Shown here: positions 51,557 through 59,356 of the stretch, piece by piece | Position numbering within the stretch: position 1 is the first letter of the stretch | Layout: each line of letters opens with the position of its first letter | Source: Candidatus Pelagibacterales bacterium | GTDB taxonomy: Bacteria; Pseudomonadota; Alphaproteobacteria; Pelagibacterales; AG-422-B15 | NCBI GenBank assembly: GCA_028412835.1 | Contig: JAONQW010000001.1 | Location: forward strand, 11,617 to 75,616 | Reading direction: 5' to 3' | Length of the DNA: 64,000 bases | Notes under the pieces: generated by a model | What the model was told of the DNA's origin: nothing | The model's database searches: none | The model's input: the letters and a program-made list of their open reading frames with translations, nothing else | Translations under genes and position numbers: made by a program

Positions 51557-51918
51557 AGAAATTATTAATACGTAATATTTGTCAGCCACCTGATACTAAT
51601 CCCTATGGCACAGGTCATGGCGCATGGATTGCAAAACAAGTTGCTCATGGAGGCATTTATTATTCAATGATGGTTTCTGGTGGCGATGCAGTTTTAGCCA
51701 ATATACAACTTAAATATAAAAGCCCAATGCATGTTGGTAAATTTATTTGTGTTTATGGATCTATTAAAGAAATTAAAGGTTCAAAGATGATCTTTTTACT
51801 AGAAGCTAAAAGGGTTGAGAAAAACCAGAAAGAAATAACAGTTGCTGACGGTACGTTGGAATATGTTGCGGTTAATGAAAAAGGTAAGCCTAGAAAATTT
51901 AAACCAAATCTTAAATAA
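51553..51918 (+). CDS. hotdog-fold acyl-CoA thioesterase
   Basis: 121 aa. The N-terminal PPDTNPYGTGHGAWI resembles the YciA/Acot-type (N..G..HGG) motif. Overlaps VanZ by 4 nt. Confidence 0.7.
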   Translation: MKKLLIRNICQPPDTNPYGTGHGAWIAKQVAHGGIYYSMMVSGGDAVLANIQLKYKSPMHVGKFICVYGSIKEIKGSKMIFLLEAKRVEKNQKEITVADGTLEYVAVNEKGKPRKFKPNLK

Positions 51919-51920
51919 AA

Positions 51921-51950
51921 AATAACCCCCATATTGCTATGAGGGTTATT
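51921..51950. terminator. intrinsic terminator hairpin between convergent units (better on minus strand)
   Basis: AATAACCCCC..GAGGGTTATT forms 8 bp plus a C-A mismatch on the plus strand. On the minus strand it forms 10 bp including one G-U, followed by TTTTATTT. Confidence 0.6.
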
Positions 51951-51959
51951 ATGTAGTTT

Positions 51960-52061
51960 TTAGTTCGGAGCTCCACTCATAAAGTGAAGGTTTCCAATAT
52001 CTACGTGATTTTGGTTACCTTCGATTAATATCGCGGGCTCCATAATACTACTAATAGACAT
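51960..52061 (-). CDS. candidate 33-aa small protein (alternatively a small structured RNA)
   Basis: AAAGGAGGTG lies 6 nt upstream of ATG 52061. The ORF is MSISSIMEPAILIEGNQNHVDIGNLHFMSGAPN, ending at TAA 51960-51962, with a terminator hairpin immediately downstream. GC-enriched relative to other spacers. Confidence 0.4.
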   Translation of the reverse strand: MSISSIMEPAILIEGNQNHVDIGNLHFMSGAPN

Positions 52062-52149
52062 AGACCACCTCCTTTCATAAATATGTTTAATTGATCGTAA
52101 ACAAATATATAATCTGCTAGATTCTAATTTCAATCAAGGAGAATAGACC

Positions 52150-52578
52150 ATGGAATACGAAATTTTTGGCCCAGTATTTAATATGTTTTGCTTAACAACA
52201 GCTGTTTTTTTGCTAGTTACACTATTGCGTTTAAAATCTATATATATTGATAAGGCGAGTCCTGGGGAAGATTATCGTTACCCAACATTTCCTCAAGGCA
52301 ATAAAATATTACAAAATGCCCAAAGAAATTTGATTAATTTATTTGAGTTTCCAATTATTTTTTACGCCACAATAGCTATTATAATTGCGACTAACAATAT
52401 TGATCAGACTTTTGTAGATTTGGCTTGTTATTTTTTCTATTTTAGACTTGCACACTCTATTTATCATATTTTTGGTAATCATTTAATATTAGGTGGCCTT
52501 CCAGTAAGAGCGCCTTTATTTCTAGGAGCGTTCTTAATAAATGCCTATATGATTATTAGACTTTGTGGAATGCTATAA
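52150..52578 (+). CDS. MAPEG-family membrane protein, paralog 1
   Basis: 142 aa with 4 TM. AQRNLINLFEFPIIFY resembles the MAPEG R..N..E motif. AAGGAG lies 8 nt upstream of the ATG. Confidence 0.65.
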   Translation: MEYEIFGPVFNMFCLTTAVFLLVTLLRLKSIYIDKASPGEDYRYPTFPQGNKILQNAQRNLINLFEFPIIFYATIAIIIATNNIDQTFVDLACYFFYFRLAHSIYHIFGNHLILGGLPVRAPLFLGAFLINAYMIIRLCGML

Positions 52579-52993
52579 GTTGACTAACTTACTTATCTAT
52601 CCAATTTTATTTCTTGTAATCGTTACACTGATCGTAGGCTTTATACATACCTATGGATCAGTGTGGCTTATGAACAATGATAAAAAGTGGAAGAAAAACG
52701 GTATTCCATTAGATCCAAAGTCAGGTTCGCCTGAGTGGTTATTATTAATTAAAAATAATTTAATCAATTTATTTGAATTCCCACTTATTTTTTATCTAAT
52801 TTCTCTGATTGCCTACTTTCAAAATTTTAATGATTTATTTTTATTAGTAAATTGTTGGATTTATGTTCTCCTGAGAACTGCTCATAGCTATGTGCATATA
52901 TATATGAAGAATACAAATATAAGAGGCGCTTTATGGCTTTTTAGTCAAGTAGTTGTTAGTTTGATTGTAGTTAGATTTATTATGCTGATCTAA
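52565..52993 (+). CDS. MAPEG-family membrane protein, paralog 2
   Basis: 142 aa and homologous to the upstream gene (NNLINLFEFPLIFY). The start is ambiguous, either GTG 52565 or TTG 52580. Confidence 0.6.
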   Translation: MECYKLTNLLIYPILFLVIVTLIVGFIHTYGSVWLMNNDKKWKKNGIPLDPKSGSPEWLLLIKNNLINLFEFPLIFYLISLIAYFQNFNDLFLLVNCWIYVLLRTAHSYVHIYMKNTNIRGALWLFSQVVVSLIVVRFIMLI

Positions 52994-53328
52994 ATATCAA
53001 CACCAGCTTTTTCCATTTTATCTTTTAATTTTCCAGTAAGCATAAGCATTGTCATATGATGATCGCCAATAAGCGACCACAATGGATATTGAAATGTTGC
53101 TGGTTTATTATGTTCAACAAAAAAATGTGCAATCCATGCAGGACCATATCCAGCCAACAGAACCAAAGGAATCAGTAAGTAGTTTTGAGTAATTATTAGA
53201 GTGACTAAAAGGATATTCGAGGCACCTGTACCACAATAGTGAAGTAATCTAGTGCGTTTTTTACTATGTTCACGTAAATAGTGTGGAAAGAAATCTTTAT
53301 ATGTTGTATACCTTGTCGAATTACTCAT
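52990..53328 (-). CDS. DUF962 / Mpo1-like membrane protein
   Basis: 112 aa with FFPHYLREHSKKRTRLLHYCGT and AHFFVEHNKPATFQYPLWSL, both typical of DUF962. Confidence 0.7.
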   Translation of the reverse strand: MSNSTRYTTYKDFFPHYLREHSKKRTRLLHYCGTGASNILLVTLIITQNYLLIPLVLLAGYGPAWIAHFFVEHNKPATFQYPLWSLIGDHHMTMLMLTGKLKDKMEKAGVDI

Positions 53329-53439
53329 GTTTAAATAATAATAGTTTTTATGAATCTTGACAATAAACTAATGTACGTTGTTATAGCTGTTTTTATAGCT
53401 TTTATAATTTCTAGCAGTTTTACCCAACTTTAAATCAAT

Positions 53440-54150
53440 ATGGTCTCTTTTTGGTGTGTTTATATACCTAGGTTTGTTCTAGTTTACTTCTTGTCTGCAG
53501 TTGCAATAGCAGCGTACTTCTATCCAGGTGGTAATCATTTAGATGCATCTCAACAAGGCTATGATTTTACTATTAATTTTTTAAGTGAACTTGGTTTCTA
53601 TAATACACTATCTGGTGAAACTAATTTTTTATCAGCATTCTTTTTCAATTCAGCAATGTTCATGCATATACTTGTTGGAGTTGGATTTTTAATGATGCCC
53701 AAGCTTTTTAATGATAATATTTATTCTTATGTATCTGCTTGGCTTGGAGCAATTACAATTTCAATTTCATGTGTTTTTTTTGCAGGAGTAGGGTTAACAC
53801 CTGGTGATTTATATTTTCCAGCACATATTTTTGCTGTTCAAAATGCATTCAATTTAGTTTTTTTTGCCTATCTTTTTATTTGCTTAGCTTTCTTCTTTAG
53901 CTCATCTAGCAATAAATACACAATTGGTTCTATAATGATGTTTGTTATAACTATTAGTTATGCAATATTTATATCTGATCAACAGGTGATAGATCCAGTT
54001 AATGAAAAAGAGTTATTTCAGGAAGTTGTTACTACTGAAGTACTAAGAATAAATGCTATTTTGCAAAAACTTGTAACTATATTTATGAATATTTCACTAC
54101 TTATGTTCAGCTATGGCTTTGCTGATAGAATAAAAAGAAAAGGTTTTTAA
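53440..54150 (+). CDS. 6-TM membrane protein, tandem paralog A (possibly DUF998-like)
   Basis: 236 aa with YFYPGGN, NFLSELG and NFLSAFFFNSAMF motifs. Paralogous to the next gene. Confidence 0.6.
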   Translation: MVSFWCVYIPRFVLVYFLSAVAIAAYFYPGGNHLDASQQGYDFTINFLSELGFYNTLSGETNFLSAFFFNSAMFMHILVGVGFLMMPKLFNDNIYSYVSAWLGAITISISCVFFAGVGLTPGDLYFPAHIFAVQNAFNLVFFAYLFICLAFFFSSSSNKYTIGSIMMFVITISYAIFISDQQVIDPVNEKELFQEVVTTEVLRINAILQKLVTIFMNISLLMFSYGFADRIKRKGF

Positions 54151-54830
54151 TGTATAATTTTTTTACAGTTACTATTTTAAGGTTTGTTTCAATATATTTT
54201 GTATTATCAGTATTAATTGCCTCATATTTCTATCCAGGCGGAAACATCCATGATCCTTTGCAGGTTGGCTATTCATTTACACATAATTTTTTAAGTGATT
54301 TAGGTGGTTATACTTCACGATCTGGAGAAGTTAACTTTCTTTCCGCATTTTTCTTCAATTTTTCGATGTTTATCTTTTCTGCTGTTGGAATTGGGTTTTT
54401 ATTTGTCCCTGCACTTTTTAAAGACAATGCCACAAATTATTATTTAGCCTGGTTGGGTTCAATATTCTTTTTCGTTGGTACAATTTACTTTGCGGCTGTA
54501 GGCTTAACACCTCATGATTTATATTTAAGTGAACATATATATTTTGCTATAAATGCCTTTAGAATTTTAATTCCTGCTGGATTGTTTTATGTAATAGTTT
54601 TTTTTAGAAGCAATATCCCAAATTTTTATGCTTATTTAACATTAGTTTTTTTCATATTCACTACCGGTTATGTTGTGTACCAACTAACAAATGGTAGTCC
54701 TCGTGACAGTATTGAGGCGCTAATAGAGCAGGTATCGATACAAAAGTTAATAGCATTTGTAAGTACAATAAATATATTTTTGTTGAGCTTTGGTTTTAAA
54801 TCAAGAATTAAAGAACTCAATATTTCTTAA
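54150..54830 (+). CDS. 6-TM membrane protein, tandem paralog B (possibly DUF998-like)
   Basis: 226 aa with YFYPGGN, NFLSDLGG and NFLSAFFFNFSMF motifs. Its start overlaps the paralog A stop (TAATG). Confidence 0.6.
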   Translation: MYNFFTVTILRFVSIYFVLSVLIASYFYPGGNIHDPLQVGYSFTHNFLSDLGGYTSRSGEVNFLSAFFFNFSMFIFSAVGIGFLFVPALFKDNATNYYLAWLGSIFFFVGTIYFAAVGLTPHDLYLSEHIYFAINAFRILIPAGLFYVIVFFRSNIPNFYAYLTLVFFIFTTGYVVYQLTNGSPRDSIEALIEQVSIQKLIAFVSTINIFLLSFGFKSRIKELNIS

Positions 54831-56335
54831 ATATTTGGTTTCTTTAAATCCCATCTGTATTCATTTTCGAGTTGCTGACCAAGATTTAATAATTTTGCCT
54901 CAGAGCCATAATCCCCAACAAACTGAACGCCAACGGGCAGACTTTCCTCAGTGAAATATGTAGGCAATGACATTGCTGGTTGACCAGTTATGTTCTGTAA
55001 CATGCAACCTGGTGCAAACCACAAACTTTTTGGAGCTAGACCATCTAATATACTATCTCTAATTGATGGAATATTAAATAACCACCCAAGTCTTAATTGC
55101 ATTATCACTTTATTGATTATCTCATCTGATTTAGATGGTCTAATAGTATCAAGCTTAGCTGGCTCAGAAGAAATAACTGGCATTATTACAGCATCATATG
55201 ATTTCATTTGCAATTCAACATCTCTGGATACCTTTTGTGTGTAATATCTTGCCCACGTATAATCACTACCTTTAAAAGTTCTTCCTAAATAGTCAAACAT
55301 TCTAGTGCCAGTTTCAATTTCACTATTTTTATATGGTCTGCCAACTAATTCTTTTAGCTCATTAAACATTTGAGATGCATGCGAGGTTAAAATAATTACA
55401 AAAGCCCTAGCTAAGGTAACAGCATCGTAATTTAATTTTAATTCTTCAACATTATGACCCAATTTCTCACAAGCACTTGCATTGAAATACATGGCTTTAG
55501 ATGCATTATCATTTAGCTCAGTACCCTCAATATAGTTTTTTGTTACAAAACCAATTTTAAGATTTTTTTCTGGTAAATTTAAGTTTGAGACAAGAGAGCC
55601 TTTAACGTAATCAATCTTATAAGGATCACCTATTTCACTTCCAAATATATGGTCATACATATGTGCAGTATCACGAATAGTTCTTGTTACTACCCCCGAA
55701 TGTGTAAAACCACCCCATTTATCACCATGACTAGGTGCAAATGAAATACGTCCACGAGTTGGCTTTAGTCCTACCAAGCCGCAGCATGCTGCTGGAATTC
55801 GAATAGAACCACCTCCGTCACTAGCATGAGCTATTGGCACTGAACGTGATGCTACTGCAGATGCCGATCCACCACTAGAACCTCCTGGAGTGCGAGTTTG
55901 ATCCCATGGATTTTTGGTAGGCCCAAATTCAGATGGTTCAGTAGTAACCATCAAGCCAAATTCAGGGGCTGCAGATTTAGCGCAAATTAAAGCTCCACTT
56001 GAAATAAAGCGGTCAGTTAAAACATTACTAAAGTTCTGTTTAGTATTTTTTAAATATTTGCTTCCTTGCATCATTGGATATCCAGCCAACGATGAATCCA
56101 TATCTTTCAGAAGCATTGGAACCCCTGCAAAAGGAGCGTTGTTTAAATCGATATCCTTAATAGATTTTCTTGCAAAATCGTACATTTCAGTAGTTATGAA
56201 ATTTAGTTTTGAATTACTCTTTGATAAACTATCAATTGCTGTTTCTAATACATCTTCAATAGACACTTCTTTTAGTTTAATCAGCTCGGCTAAGCCGATA
56301 CCGTCATAATTGAAGTATTCTTTAAATATAGTCAT
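54827..56335 (-). CDS. amidase (amidase-signature family)
   Basis: 502 aa with a [12 protein letters not shown] signature and a Ser-cisSer-Lys context. Confidence 0.88.
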   Translation of the reverse strand: MTIFKEYFNYDGIGLAELIKLKEVSIEDVLETAIDSLSKSNSKLNFITTEMYDFARKSIKDIDLNNAPFAGVPMLLKDMDSSLAGYPMMQGSKYLKNTKQNFSNVLTDRFISSGALICAKSAAPEFGLMVTTEPSEFGPTKNPWDQTRTPGGSSGGSASAVASRSVPIAHASDGGGSIRIPAACCGLVGLKPTRGRISFAPSHGDKWGGFTHSGVVTRTIRDTAHMYDHIFGSEIGDPYKIDYVKGSLVSNLNLPEKNLKIGFVTKNYIEGTELNDNASKAMYFNASACEKLGHNVEELKLNYDAVTLARAFVIILTSHASQMFNELKELVGRPYKNSEIETGTRMFDYLGRTFKGSDYTWARYYTQKVSRDVELQMKSYDAVIMPVISSEPAKLDTIRPSKSDEIINKVIMQLRLGWLFNIPSIRDSILDGLAPKSLWFAPGCMLQNITGQPAMSLPTYFTEESLPVGVQFVGDYGSEAKLLNLGQQLENEYRWDLKKPNI

Positions 56336-56394
56336 ATATATAAAATTATGATATTTGTTATGTTACAATAGTATAGTTAAATATTAATTAAATC

Positions 56395-57015
56395 ATGGCA
56401 AATAAAAATAAACCTGGATTTTTAAAAAATATACAAAGAAATTTTTTTACTGGTGTATTAGTCGCGGCTCCGATTGGAGCAACTATATATTTGACTATTT
56501 TTATCGTTGATTTTATTGCTGGATTAGTTCCAGCTCAATTTAATCCAAATCAATTTTTACCTTATGAAATTCCTGGCCTAGAATTAGTTATTGCTCTAGT
56601 TTTTTTTATTATCTTAGGATCTATAACCTCGACATTATTTGGCCGAACAATAGTAAGTTATTTTGATACTTTAATTAGAAGAATCCCACTTGCCGGCAAT
56701 ATTTACACAGCTATAAAACAAATTACTGAAACATTTTCAAAAACAGACTCAGCATCCCAAAAAGTAGTTATGTTTGAATACCCTAGAAAAGGCATACAAG
56801 CTATTGGTTTTATGACCGGGAGTGCTAAAGGTGAGATTAGAGATAAAGCAGGTATTGAAATGGTCAATGTTTTTGTACCAACCACACCTAATCCAACTTC
56901 AGGGTTTTTATTATTTATACCAAAAGATGATGTAATTATTTTAGATATGAAATATGAAGATGCTATTAAGTTAATAGTATCTGCAGGAATGGTATTTCCT
57001 GAAACAAGTAATTAA
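56395..57015 (+). CDS. DUF502-family membrane protein
   Basis: 206 aa with two N-terminal TM segments and PTTPNPTSGFLLFIPKDDV. A typical DUF502. Confidence 0.75.
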   Translation: MANKNKPGFLKNIQRNFFTGVLVAAPIGATIYLTIFIVDFIAGLVPAQFNPNQFLPYEIPGLELVIALVFFIILGSITSTLFGRTIVSYFDTLIRRIPLAGNIYTAIKQITETFSKTDSASQKVVMFEYPRKGIQAIGFMTGSAKGEIRDKAGIEMVNVFVPTTPNPTSGFLLFIPKDDVIILDMKYEDAIKLIVSAGMVFPETSN

Positions 57016-59072
57016 CCTGACTTAATATAATCAATCGCAACTTCATTATTAAATAAATGCAATAAGGTTCGTTGGGCTTTGCCAGTTTGTGTTTTTAGCG
57101 TGGGGTCATTTTTAATGGTTTCAATTGATAAGTTTCTTGCCATTTCTAAAATTTTTTGATGGATAGATAGGTCACTTAATCTAAAATCTGGTAATCCACT
57201 TTGCTTAGCACCCAGAGTTTCTCCCGATCCCCTAATAATTAAATCTTCTTCAGCAATTTTAAACCCATCATTTGTCTCTTTCATAATCTTTATCCGTTTT
57301 TTGGCAGTATCTGTTAATGGTTTTTGAAATAGAAGAATACAAGATGACTCTTTTACACCTCTACCTACTCGACCACGCAATTGATGTAATTGAGACAATC
57401 CGAACCTCTCAGAGTTTTCAATTATTATTACTGTTGCATCTGGATCATCAATTCCAACTTCAATTACTGAAGTAGCAATCAGTATCTTTGTCTTTCCAGC
57501 TTTAAAATTATCCATAATTTGATTTTTTTCATCACTTTTCATTTTACCATGAATCATTGCAACCAATTCTTCTCCATAATAACTCTCCAAATCTTTTAAC
57601 CTTGTGGTTACTGATTGAATTGAATTTGTTTCAGACTCTTCAACCAACGGACAAACCCAATATATTTTTTCATTATTTTTAATTTTTTTTAATAATGCAG
57701 ACTTAAGATCTATTATTTTATCATTACTCATTGATTTTGTTATTATCGGCTTACGGTTTAATGGCATGGATACTAATTTAGATACATCCATGTCTCCATA
57801 TGCAGCCAATTCTAAAGTTCTAGGGATAGGTGTGGCCGTCATCAATAGCGTGTCACATTCATTACCAGTTTTTTCACTTAATAATATTCTTTGATGAACT
57901 CCAAACTTATGCTGTTCATCAATAATCAATAATCCAATATCTTGGAAGCTTGCATTTTCTTGGAACAAGGCATGAGTTCCAATAATAATATCTGCATTAT
58001 AGTTTCTATCATTTTTTATCGAACCCGTAATTAGTGATATTGATACATCTAAGTTATCAAGAAAATTTTTTATTGTCTCATAATGTTGTTGAGCAAGTAA
58101 CTCAGTGGGGGCCATTAATATACCCTGTTTATTGTTTTCAACAACTTGAAGTAAAGCAAAAATTGCAACTATCGTCTTTCCACTGCCAACATCACCCTGC
58201 AACAGACGTAACATTTTTGTATCAGAACTTAAATCTTTGCTAATTTCACTAATAGATTTTATTTGATCTTTAGTTAGTTTAAAATCTAAATTAGATTCAA
58301 GTTTTTTAATTAACTTGTTGGTTGCTTTTAGTGAATTTCCCTTAATTAGTGTCAGTTTATTTCTTACCAACCTTAGTTTTAATTGATGAGAAAATAATTC
58401 ATCAAAAGCAAGTCTATTTAAATATTTATTATCTAATATTTTTGTATAAATCTCTTTTGGTTTGTGCAAATTAATTAGTGATTGCTTCCAATTTGACCAT
58501 CCATTTTTATTTAAAATATCTTCTGGTATCCATTCAGGTAAATCAACACACGTTAATAAAGCTGAATCAATTGATTTTCTAAGTATTCGAGAAGTAATTC
58601 CTGCTGTTAAAGGGTATACACATTCGATTTGTTTAATACTCTCAAGCTCATTCTCATCAACAACATATTTTGGATGGGCTATTTGGTAAATATCTTTGTA
58701 TGCTTCAGCTTTACCACTAATGACTTTTTTACTATTTATTGGAAATAGTTTTTTAATATAAATAGACCTAGCATTAAAATATACTATAGAAATAATCCCA
58801 GTTTCATCAGAGCAATTAATTCTATAAGGCATTCTCTTATTGAATGATGGAGCATGACTTTCAACTGTTACAGTTAGAGTAACAATAGAATCTTCTTTTA
58901 AATCCTTTATTTTCGGGTTATTTCTCCTATCTATATAAGAGGCGGGTGCGTGCGTAAGTAGATTTACAATGTAATTACCACAAAGATACTTTAAAAGAGA
59001 TGCATTCTTTGGACCAATTCCTTTAATTGAAGTTAAAGGGCCAAACAATGGATATAATATTTTAGGTCGCAT
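57012..59072 (-). CDS. recG: ATP-dependent DNA helicase RecG
   Basis: 686 aa with an N-terminal wedge/OB domain and helicase motifs GDVGSGKT, DEQHKFG and RGRVGRG. Confidence 0.93.
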   Translation of the reverse strand: MRPKILYPLFGPLTSIKGIGPKNASLLKYLCGNYIVNLLTHAPASYIDRRNNPKIKDLKEDSIVTLTVTVESHAPSFNKRMPYRINCSDETGIISIVYFNARSIYIKKLFPINSKKVISGKAEAYKDIYQIAHPKYVVDENELESIKQIECVYPLTAGITSRILRKSIDSALLTCVDLPEWIPEDILNKNGWSNWKQSLINLHKPKEIYTKILDNKYLNRLAFDELFSHQLKLRLVRNKLTLIKGNSLKATNKLIKKLESNLDFKLTKDQIKSISEISKDLSSDTKMLRLLQGDVGSGKTIVAIFALLQVVENNKQGILMAPTELLAQQHYETIKNFLDNLDVSISLITGSIKNDRNYNADIIIGTHALFQENASFQDIGLLIIDEQHKFGVHQRILLSEKTGNECDTLLMTATPIPRTLELAAYGDMDVSKLVSMPLNRKPIITKSMSNDKIIDLKSALLKKIKNNEKIYWVCPLVEESETNSIQSVTTRLKDLESYYGEELVAMIHGKMKSDEKNQIMDNFKAGKTKILIATSVIEVGIDDPDATVIIIENSERFGLSQLHQLRGRVGRGVKESSCILLFQKPLTDTAKKRIKIMKETNDGFKIAEEDLIIRGSGETLGAKQSGLPDFRLSDLSIHQKILEMARNLSIETIKNDPTLKTQTGKAQRTLLHLFNNEVAIDYIKSG

Positions 59073-59095
59073 GAAGTTAATATATTTTAAAAATT

Positions 59096-59356
59096 ATGGA
59101 TGACATAGAGATACATAGAAAAAAACTTTCATTTCGTGCGGGACATCGTGGAACTAAGGAAATGGATATGCTTTTAGGCAATTTTACTGATAAATATATA
59201 AAATTGTTTGATGAAGTTGAGCTTGGTATGCTGAGCGATTTATTAGATTGTGAAGATGATTTAATTTACAAATGTCTATTAGACAAAGAATCATTGCCTA
59301 CTTTAATGGATAATAGAGTCTTTCACTTACTAAAAGATACAGCTATCAATAAATAA
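59096..59356 (+). CDS. sdhE: succinate dehydrogenase flavinylation factor SdhE (SDHAF2 family)
   Basis: 86 aa with the RGTKEMD (RGxxE) motif and a five-helix pattern. Confidence 0.8.
   Translation: MDDIEIHRKKLSFRAGHRGTKEMDMLLGNFTDKYIKLFDEVELGMLSDLLDCEDDLIYKCLLDKESLPTLMDNRVFHLLKDTAINK

Noticed and set aside
59096-59356. Idea that the missing Mfd N-terminus is a degraded pseudogene upstream
   Set aside because: The upstream sequence is fully occupied by an intact SdhE-like ORF (RGxxE motif). Its stop overlaps the mfd ATG, and recG begins 23 nt further up, so there is no room for remnants.
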